Positions 52,376 to 64,000 of a stretch of 64,000 nucleotides of DNA are shown here, one piece after another (the stretch's first letter is position 1; each line of letters starts with the position of its first letter). This stretch comes from Eledone cirrhosa. Taxonomy: Eukaryota. A model generated the notes under the pieces. The model made no database searches and was not told the DNA's origin. It was given only the letters and a program-made list of their open reading frames with translations. The translations under genes and the position numbers were made by a program. The stretch is taken from NCBI GenBank assembly GCA_964016885.1, contig OZ024743.1, forward strand, positions 31,992,001-32,056,000. The letters are read 5' to 3'.

Positions 52376-54420
52376 AATAAAGCCAAAACAATGCAGGTAT
52401 GGACATAGAATAAAGAAGTGCAAATGCAAAAGATATTGTTGACAATTAGTCTTTTACCTTAGATTTATTTAAATGTCCTTAATTTTCGAGATAATATCTC
52501 TTCTTCAGAGGGAAGTAAAGCTCTCAAACCAGTGTTCTAAATAGCTTGCCAAATCATGCTGACAGGAAATGGTATAGAGTATCTGTTCTATCTCTAATGT
52601 CAAAGAGTTAAGATTAGGTGGATAAAGAGTAGTCTCCCTTTAAAAGGGGTTTGTTTTTGTTGTTTTTTTTGTTTTTTTATACACGCCTGTTTAAGTGTGT
52701 AGGAGAATGCATGAAGGTGTAAGTATGTGAGTCTGTGTGTGTGAGTGTGAGAAGATATGTCTATTCGTAAATGTGGGGGATAGGTGTTATCTGGTGTTAG
52801 AACTGGTTTTGTGTGTGTATGTGTGAGAGAGAATAAGTGGAGGTGTAAGTGTGTGTGTGTGTGTGCGTGTGTGTGGGGGGTGTAAATATGGGGCTAGATG
52901 CTCTATCAAGTTATAAATTGCGTGTTGAGTTCTAGTCTATTATTGATTGGTGGTTGTGTTTTATCTATAATTAGTGCTTCCTTAATTCTAAGATTGCCGA
53001 GGTTTCTTTCCTTAGTTTCTATCCTAACTGTTATGGTTTTGTCGGTGTTTTTGCATTTAACTAAGTGTTTCTTAAATGAGGAAGCGTTAGTATTGAGGTG
53101 TTCTTTTATTCTTATGTGGAGTGGTCTGGTGGTGCTACCTACATAGAAGTTGTTGCATTTGTCACACTCTAGTCTGTATACGACGTAAGCCTGGTGGCAT
53201 AGGTCTGTGTCGTTGATGGGGCAGTTGGCTAGTCTGCAGCAGTTGTCATGTTTGGTGGAGTGTCTTTTGGTTAGCTGTCCGCGTAGAGAAGGACCTGAGT
53301 GGGCCAGTTGGATATCTAGTCCCTCTCGTCTGATAGCTTTGCGGATGGCTGTTGTTGTTTCTTCACTGAAGTGTGGGAGCTTCAGGAAGCAAGTGTTAGT
53401 GCCTCGGGTGTGGTGTCCTATGTTCTTTCTGGCACGGTTTGTGGTGGATGTCGTGTATCCTTTCATTTATAGTACTTCCAGGAAATGTGTGGTGTGTGTG
53501 TCTCGGTCTCTAGCGTCGGTGCATTTGTTCCGGATACGTGCCAGTTCGTTCCTTATGTATCCGAACTTGGCACCGAGTGGGAGGGCCGATCTGAAATGTA
53601 CGAACAGGTCCCTGCTGGCGGCTTTTTTTATAGAAGCAGGTGTGGATGTTGCCTTCCTCTGTTACCCTGAGTTGGAAATCCAGTAGGGATAGGGATCCGC
53701 GGTCATCGGGGTGTTCCATGCTGAACTTTATACTGGCATCCATGCTGGAGAATGTTGTGTATATTTTAACTGCATCCTCGCGGGATGATGTAAGGATGAG
53801 TATGTCATCTACATATCGGGTGAAGAAGGTATGGGAATAGCAGGTGTTGAGGGCTCGGCATTCTAGCTGGTTCATGTAGGTGATGGCCTGCAGGCCCGAT
53901 AGGCTGGATCCCATGGGTAATCCTGTTGTCTGTCTGTATGTGTGGTGGTGGAAGGTGAAGTACGTGTTGTCTACTGTGAAGGACAAAAGCTGGTGTATGT
54001 CCGTCGGGTGGAGGCCGTAGCAGTGGATGTCCTCTGCGACCACGCAGTCCGTCAATAAATCGACAGCTGGATGAGCGGGGACTGTAGGGTAGAGGGACAC
54101 AACGTTTAAGTTGTTCTGGCTGGAGTTGGTGTAGTCTAGGTATAACTTTTTCGGAGCTACTGACATGCCCGGGAAAAGTGGAGAGTAGAGGCTTGAGGAC
54201 CTGGGAGAGGAGCCATGAAATTTTGTATAGGGGCCCTTCTATGCTAGAGACGATGGGTCTTATTTGCGCCTTAGTACTATTTTTGTGGGTCTTGGTGAGG
54301 TGGTAGAAAGTGGGCAGTCTGCTATTTCTAGTGGTGTAGTTGAGCTTAACTTTATTTGGGAGTTGTCTTCTCCTACAGATATCGAACCAGATGGAGTTGG
54401 TCTGTTTTTCGATCTGGGCT
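52376..54420 (-). mobile_element. Penelope-like element, RT plus GIY-YIG, frameshifted
   Basis: FYHLTKTHK..IRPIVS, VVSLYPTVP, GLPMGS, RYVDD, LLD; VVYRLEC..C..FYVGST.R.L..RIKEH (52906-53466). Confidence 0.92.
52477..52511 (-). ncRNA. minimal hammerhead ribozyme, canonical core
   Basis: cct-CTGAAGA-a-gagat-att-atctc-GAAA-a-TTA-agg. Confidence 0.8.
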
Positions 54421-55212
54421 GCAGTCATGTATATTATATATATTATATATAAATTAATAAAATAATGAATAAACAAAGAAACAGTTCCTTATATTAAAAA
54501 AATTCATCATTTTACGATCGTTTCTAGGATATATATGTGTTAGAGTTGGTATGCATATTCTATAGATCTATGTACAATATTTATACAAACTATCAGAGGG
54601 AATATATATACCTACACATATATATGCTGTCTTCAGAAATAATGATATTTGTTTATTGAAAAAAACAAAGATTCAATACAATAGGTCTGTTTGGGAACAA
54701 GTTTTGAATTGACCAATAGAGAGATAGTGAGGGTCAAGATAGTAATATAGTAGTAGAAGAACCTTAGATTATGGGTAGAGGAAGGTAGATTTCAGTTTTG
54801 GATGGAAAAGAATATTATGAATGAGGGATTATTTTAGGGAAGAAATAGGTCTTATGGTGACCTCAGAAATAATTTTATTTGTTCATTGAATAAAACCAAC
54901 AAAGATCTAATATATTCTGTCTGTTGGGTAAGAGGTTTAGAATTAACCAATAGAAAGTTAATAATTGGCCAAATGGTAAAATAGTAGTAATTGAAGCTTA
55001 TTTTAGGGGTGAAAATAGGTCAGGTGGTCGGTCAGTAAAAGGTATACAAGCAGTTGCTGTTATAAAATGGTAATGCCAATACAAATATCCAAGGTGACTA
55101 AAGTTTTACGATAAGAATGTTAGTGAAAAAATACATCTAAAAATACATTCTTATCGTAAAACTTTAGTCACCTTGGATATTTGTATTTTATAACAGCAAC
55201 TGCTTGTATACC
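54421..55212 (-). mobile_element. terminal-repeat fragment with long-helix-II HHR (54505-54644) and distal hairpin
   Basis: Homologous to 59944-60372; inverted repeat 55041-55120/55145-55212. Confidence 0.75.
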
Positions 55213-55253
55213 GTGTACGCGTGTGTATGTGTGTGTGTATGTGTGTGTGTGTA

Positions 55254-55324
<71 letters not shown>

Positions 55325-55864
55325 ATGGACCAGTATTTTTGTGATACTGGTAAAAATGGTGTACGATATTTTCAGTAATTTGCAAAAACGATTCTCCCAA
55401 AAGAACACAAAAAACATCAATAATAAAAGAGGTGAAATGATGTATAGTATTGTCATAACACCAAGGTGCATGTCAGTGTCCAGATTGTACGTACTGCAAA
55501 GGGCTTCCATTAGGCCCTGCCGTATGGGAATACTTGTGTACAAATATGTATGTGCCCATCAGTGTGCAATGCATGTGTGCGTATATGTATGGGTGTGTCG
55601 GCACGTTTATATCTATATACATCAAAAGGTATGCAAATTTGTGTATATTTGTGTTGCATCATAGAACATGTGTGTTGACGTATGTCATTGTGTTTATATG
55701 CGGATAGAAATGTATGTAGGATGTATGCTGATGTAGGTATGTATGTTGACGTGTGTATGATGTGGGTTCGTCTTAGGGAGAAGTGTTTAGACGGGGTCCG
55801 TATTTGTTAATAAAGTGAGAGTCCTTGCTGATGCGCTGGGTGTTGGTGGCATTATCTTTAATTT

Positions 55865-55868
<4 letters not shown>

Positions 55869-55941
<73 letters not shown>

Positions 55942-56119
55942 TTATATATATATATATATAAATATTATATATATATATATATTATATATATATATATATA
56001 TATTATATATACATATTATATATATATTATATATACATATTATATATATATATATTATATATACATATATATATATATACATTATATATATATTATATAT
56101 ATATATTATATATACATAT

Positions 56120-56152
<33 letters not shown>

Positions 56153-56184
56153 CATATTATATATATATATATATACATTATATA

Positions 56185-56230
<46 letters not shown>

Positions 56231-56474
56231 CATATATTATATAATTATATACATCCATCTATATATATACATCCATATATACACATACATCCATCTATAT
56301 ATATACATCCATATATACACATACATCCATATATATATATATATATATATACATACATATATATATACATCCATATATATATATATATATATATATATAT
56401 CCACATATATATATACATACATATATATACATCCATATATATATATATACATCCATATACATATATATATACAT

Positions 56475-56548
<74 letters not shown>

Positions 56549-56552
56549 TATA
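55869..56552. repeat. long (TA)n-based microsatellite
   Basis: Direct inspection. Confidence 0.97.
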
Positions 56553-56660
56553 TTATAAAGTAAGAAGAAATATTAGACATAAATATCCATTTTTTCTTCA
56601 AATTCGCGATTCGTGGGCACTATGCAAAACTCCTATAGCATAGAGATGTAACATCCCATT

Positions 56661-56691
<31 letters not shown>

Positions 56692-56694
56692 TCA

Positions 56695-59297
56695 GGTTTG
56701 AGGTTCACCACTGTATAGAGCTGGTCTATTCCGTATGGTCAATCGTAATGCAATAATATAGAGAGTACTCAACATAAAGCAGTTCAACCGTCTTTGTTTT
56801 TGTAGTTGGTGGTACTATTTCGGAGTTAAATATTATAATGAAATGACAGGAGGCTGGATTTCTGTAAATCCTTGAAAGGTTTATTATACTATGATCATTT
56901 CAATGACCGGGTTCCGTATGAATCCGGTGATATCATCAGGTATTCGAAATATAATACGTGAATGTAATAGATAAAATCCATGGGGCTGAAAATCGAGGAC
57001 CCGAGGGCGACCGCTATTCTGTTCCTTCAACCTCAGCCAGTCGCCCTGGAGTGACGTGGCTAAAGTTTATAGTATGCTACTACCGGTCAGATAAACGAAA
57101 ACAGAAAGGGATGGGAACATAAGTTAACGTCGATCTCATGACACAAGGTAAAAGAAAGAAAGAAAGGAAGGAGAGAGAAGAAGGGGGAAGAAAGAAGAAG
57201 AGAAGCCAGGGTTAATGTCAGCTAAAAGAAGAAAGGCAACTACTACCGGTCAGATATAGGCAAGCAAGAGGGGGAAGGAAGATAAGTCTGCGGGAGGAAG
57301 ACAGGAAGAGGGGGGAAGAGAAGGAAGAGAAGAGAGAAGTAGAAAAGTAAGGGTTGATGGCTACAAGAAGGAAGATAGAAAGAAAGAGGAAGAAAGGTCG
57401 ATATTAATGTCAGACCACAGTCAAGCCAAGAGTGGCGTGAGAAAATGTTCACAGGGACCCGCATCTTAGCAGAGGTGAATATATTGGGAGTCAGTGTGTT
57501 AGTGTTTAGACTTCTAGGATGAAGTTAAAAAAATTAATAATCAATATTCAATATTAAAGAGGTTAGAAAATTTAAAGTTCAACAGTTTAACATTTTATTA
57601 TATAATAGTTTCGATTTGTTCTGTAATTTAAAGGTACTATGTGGCGGTTAAAACACCGGCCGCGCCCCGGGCCCCATGGCGAATTAAGCTACGCCGAGTA
57701 TTTTCATTTACTGAAAGAAGGGGAAATTTATTTTTCCAAGCACTCCAGGTGAGCTCGTTCGCCAGGGAGCTGGTCGCGCCGCCATTAAAACCCACCCAAC
57801 AGTCCGACAGAAAGTAGGAACTTTAAAATTTTGCTTAGAGAAGTAAAAGAGTAATGGTTGATAGTTACAAGAAGGAAGATAGAAAGAGAGAGGAAGGAAG
57901 GAAGGTCGATATTAATGTCACACCACAGTCGGGCCAGGAGTGGCGCGACAAAATTTTCACAGGGACCCGCATCTTAGCAGAGGTGAATATATTCGGGGTC
58001 AGTGTGTTACAATGTTTAGACTTATAGGATGAAGTTAAAAAAAAAATTAATAATCAGTATTCCATATTAAAGAGGTTAGAAAATTTAAAGTTCAACAGTT
58101 TCAGGTTGATATATCTAATAGTTCCGATTTGTTCTGTAATTTAAAGGTACTATTTGGCGGTTAAACCACCGGCCGCGCCCCGGGCCCCATGGCGAACTAA
58201 GCCACGCCGAGTATTTTCATTTACCGAAAGAAGGGGAAATTTATTTTTCCAAGCACTCCAGGTGAGCTCGTTCGCCAGAGAGCTGGTCGCGCCGCCGCTA
58301 AAACCCACCCAACGGTCCGACAGAAAGTCGGAACTTTAGAATTTTGCTTAACTCTATCGGATGAAGTTGAAAGAATTCAGAATAACATTATAAAACTAAG
58401 GAGTAAGAAGATTGGGAATTGAACAAACAGAAAATTGAAGATTAAACATTCAAATAACTTCTATGAGGTTTTGGGTTGCGGGGTTTAATTAAATAGAGTC
58501 TTTTATGAAGAAACGTTAATTGTATTATGTAGATCTGTAATTTATCCTAGTGGGATGTAGAGTACGGGATATAGTCGTGTAATGTTTAATTTTTGTTCTC
58601 AGGAGGAGACATTCTAGTGTCGTGTGCTAATGGGTACAGGTCCAATGTGAGGAGTAGAAATACATGGATACATAGAAGTGGAATACGTGGAAGAGCACAT
58701 TGGTACAGCAGAGGTATAAATATATAAACATATCAATATATAGGTATAAACATGTAAATAAACGAACAAGAGTGGTGTTGGAGTAAGATGGAGAAATCAA
58801 GACATAGGAGTATTACAATATAGTTCAGGTTGCAGTATTTATGTTCCGGGGGGGGGGAGGCAATCCTGTGTCGTGTGCTAAGGGTGCACGCGAGTAAAAG
58901 TCCGAATAAGGGGAGTAAAAAGTACATGGATGTATAGAGGTAGAGTACGTGGAAAGGCATTAATACAGCAAACAAAGATGTGAAGATATAGATAAACAAA
59001 CAATAGTCGTTGTCTAGTAAATGTAGAGTTCAAGACACAGGAGAAATACAATATAGTTCAGGTTGCGGTATTTATGTTCCCAGGGGGAGATATTCCAGTG
59101 ACGTGTGCTAAGGGTACACGCGAGTAAAAGTCCGAATAAGGGAAGCAGAAAGTACATGGATGTATATACATTCACGTATTATATTTCGAATACCAGATGA
59201 TATCACCGGATTCATACGGAACCCGGTCATTGAAATGATCATAGTGTAATAAACCTTTCAAGGATTTACACAAATCCAGACTCCTGTCATTTCATTA

Positions 59298-59305
<8 letters not shown>
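56695..59305. mobile_element. non-coding HHR-bearing insertion with inverted termini and internal tandem duplications
   Basis: Arms 56829-56967/59167-59305; HHR 56887-56942(-) tac-CTGATGA-..accgg/ccggt..-GAAA-tgatc-ATA-gta; duplication about 57351-57836/57854-58349. Confidence 0.8.
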
Positions 59306-59340
<35 letters not shown>

Positions 59341-59348
<8 letters not shown>

Positions 59349-59655
59349 ATGTATATATAATGTATTTTGCAATACACTTTATGCTTAATTAAAAGCATTT
59401 TGAAGACCGTATGCTATTGTTTTAGAGTAGTGACAAATTCACTTACTTTAATCTCAGCAAACGGGAGATCAGCCGACAAGGCCTTGTTTCGCTTTTGTTG
59501 AAGCTTATCAAGGCTAACTACCCCTCCTGTCTACTGAGATTATTGATGTTATATTCTTATAGAATTCTAGTTAATAATCAGGAAGTGTATTGCAAAATAC
59601 ATTATATATACATCCATATATATATTGCTATTTCAGAGCTGCTTCAATTCTGATA
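59341..59655. mobile_element. short insertion with 38-bp inverted ends
   Basis: 59341-59378 inverted at 59584-59621; homologous to 22300-22585. Confidence 0.8.
59468..59518 (-). ncRNA. type I HHR with U3-A8 core
   Basis: gttagcc-TTGATAA-gctt-caacaa-aagc-GAAA-caaggcctt-GTC-ggctgat. Confidence 0.8.
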
Positions 59656-59661
59656 TATATA

Positions 59662-59767
<106 letters not shown>

Positions 59768-59809
59768 GTATATATATATAAATATACATATATATATATA
59801 CATATATGT

Positions 59810-60372
59810 AGATAAATCTACCAAGAGTTTACGGTAGTGTCCAATCCGTATGAAGAACTCAATGTAATCCGGATATCATGGAAAGAAGAGATGCAATGAA
59901 AAATCACTTTCGGTGAAAGATAAACGGAATACAGAGTCAAGATAAAATATTAAAAAAATAATGAATAAAACAATGAAACAGTTCCTTATATTAAACAAAA
60001 AAAGTTCATTATTTAACGATCGTTTCTAGGATATATATGTGTTAGAATTGGCATGCATATTCAACAGATCTATGTACAAATTTATACAAAATTATACAAA
60101 CTATCAAAATTAAATATACATACCAAACACATATATATGCCGTCTTCAGAAATAAAGATTATTTCTGAAGACGGCATATATATGTGTTTGGTATGTATAT
60201 TTAATTTTGATAGTTTGTATAATTTTGTATAATTTTGTACATAGATCTGTTGAATATGCATGCCAATTCTAACACATATATATCCTAGAAACGATCGTTA
60301 AATAATGAACTATTTTTGTTTAATATAAGGAACTGTTTCATTGTTTTATTCATTATTTTTTTAATATTTTAT
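59810..60372. mobile_element. fold-back with long-helix-II HHR (60159-60305 +)
   Basis: About 210-bp arms 59944-60155/60159-60372, 3-nt loop. Confidence 0.88.
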
Positions 60373-60396
60373 ATACATATATATATATATATATAC

Positions 60397-60429
<33 letters not shown>

Positions 60430-60442
60430 CATATATATATAC

Positions 60443-60474
<32 letters not shown>

Positions 60475-60494
60475 GTATATATATATAAATATAC

Positions 60495-60525
<31 letters not shown>

Positions 60526-60614
60526 CATATATATGTATATATATATATGTATATATATGTATATAAATATACATATATATACATATATAAATATATATAT
60601 GTATATAAATATAC

Positions 60615-60660
<46 letters not shown>

Positions 60661-60710
60661 GTATATATATATATATAAATATACATATATATACATATAT
60701 ATATATATAC

Positions 60711-60743
<33 letters not shown>

Positions 60744-60788
60744 CTTATATATATATATACATATATATATATATACATATATATATAC

Positions 60789-60839
<51 letters not shown>

Positions 60840-60854
60840 CATATATATATATAC

Positions 60855-60887
<33 letters not shown>

Positions 60888-60920
60888 CTTATATACATAT
60901 ATACATATATATATTTATAT
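60373..60920. repeat. (TA)n-based microsatellite
   Basis: Direct inspection. Confidence 0.97.
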
Positions 60921-62905
60921 AGGAACGAGTAGGACCCCGACGGCTGAGCTCAAGCCGTTTCGACGGCTAATTCTGGACAAAATGAGAATTTTTATCCTGG
61001 TATTTGAATAGCCGAGCTTCTCAAGGAGTAATTCCATATATGGTAAAAGTGATTGTCACGAGGATTGGTCAAAAGTTTGTTGTTGAGACATAATAATTCT
61101 ATGATGGCAATTTGTGGAGGGAAGGGGTAGCTGAACCTGCCAGTAGTAGAAAGAGGGAGAGGGGGTGGAGGAGACCCAGTCATGCGTTGATAGTGCCGAC
61201 TACAGCTGGGCATGAGGTCAAAGAAGATACTGGGGAGGGGGAGGGGGGGGGGGAGTCGAAACAATTGGTAAAACAATATGGGGTAAATATATAGAAAAAT
61301 ACCGAGAGTGTTAAAAAGCAATTAAATGTAAAAAAATAAAATAAATAAACAATTTCTGGTTACTACGACCTAAGTCTCTCACTGGTACTGCTAGGCTAAA
61401 GAAAGGTTTACTAGGTGGGACGGAATTATAATGAGACCCTTTTAAGAGGTATAAGTAATAAACCGAGTATATCTTACTGAATTATTATTTCGTATTAGTT
61501 TACTTTTTGCACTGGGTGGTTGCTGGGCTTGTGCCTGGGGTGGAAACCTTTATTTATTATTTCGTGGTAGTTTCTTTAGTATTTTGGCCCCTCACTTGTT
61601 GACTCGTCACCGTAAGATATACTCGGTTTATTACTTATACCTCTTAAAAGGGTCTCATTATAATTCCGTCCCACCTAGTGACCTTTCTTTATCGCGCCCT
61701 CTATATTTCCTCCCCACCCCCCACCCCTCCCTAGTCCTTCCACCCCAGTTCTCTTTCTTTGTCGTCATCTTTTTCTCGCCCACCCGAGGCAGCCCCTCGG
61801 TCCTTTGTAGCCTCAGTACCTCCACCCCTTCCCCTATTCTATGATAGATTTGGCTGACTCCTCTTTTTATAGCAGATGTGTTAGACCTCGGATACTTGCC
61901 CTCCTATTCGACCGCTGCCCCTTTTCCGTGCTTTCTATATTTCTTAGTGGTATCTTTGCTTTAATTTCTCGTTTATCAGTATTTATCTTTTTTTTTTGGG
62001 GGGGGGGGATTCTGAATTAATCTTCCGTATCAAATTTTACATTTACTTCGTACGAGCTTTTATGTAGCTTGCACTAGAACTTTTGTATCGTGGCGGCACC
62101 CTTAGAGATAGTATTAGTATTCTTTTTCGGGACTCTGAATTATTATTTCGTATTAGTTTACTTTTCTGCACTGGGTGGTTGCTGGCCTTGTGCCTGGGGT
62201 AGAAACTTTTATTTATTATTTCGTGGTAGTTTCTTTAGTATTTTGGCCCCTCACTTGTTGACCCGTCACCGTAAGATATACTCGGTTTATTACTTATACC
62301 TCTTAAAAGGGTCTCATTATAATTCCGTCCCACCTAGTATATTTTTTTAGCCCAGCAGTACCAGTGAGAGACTTAGGTCGTAGTAACCAGAAATTGTTTA
62401 TTTATTTTTTTTTTTTTACATTTAATTGCTTTTTAACACTCTCAGTATTTTTCTATATATTTACCCCATATTGTTTTACCAATTGTTTCGACTTCTCCCT
62501 CTCCCCTCCCTAGTATCTTCTTTGACCTCATGCCCAGCTGTAGTCGGCACTATCAACGCATGACTGGGTCTCCTCCACCCCCTCTCCTTCTTTCTCCTAC
62601 TGGCAGGTTCAGCTACCCCTTCCCTCCACAAATTGCCATCATAGAATTATTATGTCTCAACAACAAACTTTTGACCAATCCTCGTGACAATCACTTTTAC
62701 CATATATGGAATTACCCCTTGAGAAGCTCGGCTATTCAAATACCAGAATAAAAATTCTCATTTAGTCCAGAATTAGCCGTCGAAACGGCTTGAGCTCAGC
62801 CGCCGGGGTCCTACTCGTTCCTATTACCCACTCTACTACCCTAAGTATTGAGTACTTTGGTGCGTTATGGTTCACCTGGTTCCTTACCACATTTCCTCCG
62901 TTATA
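60921..62905. mobile_element. non-coding fold-back with U3-A8 HHR in each arm
   Basis: About 555-bp arms 60921-61477/62271-62823; internal direct repeat about 61477-61679/62135-62338; HHRs 60934-61029(-), 62714-62809(+). Confidence 0.88.
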
Positions 62906-63422
62906 TATATATATATATATATATCGATGGATGGATGTATATAAAGAGATATAGAGAGAAATAGTGAGAAGTAAACCATATACGAAAGCTTGTGGGAAAT
63001 TTACTTCAAAATACACAAATACATACACCACATACACAGATAAAAACATAATAAATACAAAGAAAAAAATCTTGTGTAGAATCTAGATATAAATGCATAC
63101 ATCCATATAGAGAAACACATGGTTCTACATAAACAGACGAATGCACGTCTATCATTGAATGCACGTCTATCATGGAAGCTGTGGAAATAGTACACAAAGT
63201 CACACACGTATTCATATTCCATCATACATAAACACCACAGAAAAATATGATGGAATAAATATAGCAAAATTAAGAGGAGAGATAGAAGAACAATTATAAT
63301 AAATGTGAAGGACACAGAATGCGTGACAAAAGAGCGTTTACAATTACATAACCTTCTGGTTATTAAACTAACCGAATAATAGACTAGTTACCTAACTAAT
63401 AATAAGATCGATGTGAATCTCA

Positions 63423-63856
<434 letters not shown>

Positions 63857-63898
63857 AGAGAGAGAGCAAGAAAGAGAGAGAGAGACTGTTTAACGTAT

Positions 63899-63929
<31 letters not shown>

Positions 63930-64000
63930 GCAATAATAATAAATGTGAAGACTAAAATCCAAAGAGGGCTCGATAAGGATAAATATATATATCAAATATA

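Noticed and set aside
55330-55545. RT-like remnant YTSIP...GL.EAL on minus strand
   Set aside because: Single weak motif, no supporting neighbours
57004-57061. HDV-like ribozyme
   Set aside because: Pseudoknot-like pairing lacks P3/L3 and J4/2 elements

Overview
Eukaryotic, AT-rich, microsatellite-dense DNA with no host gene I can support. The tRNA-SINE families, (TA)n density and retroelement mix suggest an octopod cephalopod (inference). Most recognisable sequence is transposon-derived. It includes a decayed hAT DNA transposon, at least seven Penelope-like element (PLE) remnants with RT and/or GIY-YIG pieces, four Tx1-clade LINEs sitting in (GA)n, (GATA)n or (AAT)n tracts (one near full length), CR1-like, RTE and Dong/R4 fragments, and tRNA-SINEs. 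The main hidden signal is about 30 complete, partial or decayed hammerhead ribozyme (HHR) motifs, found by eye, from more than 10 sequence families. Most lie in fold-back (inverted-repeat) insertions embedded in (TA)n. Many are non-canonical: U3-A8 cores with compensatory stem changes between copies, CCGANGA or CAGANGA cores, and 55-115 nt insertions in helix II. Most short ORFs in the track are microsatellite artefacts. All structures were read manually, boundaries are approximate, and no activity is demonstrated.
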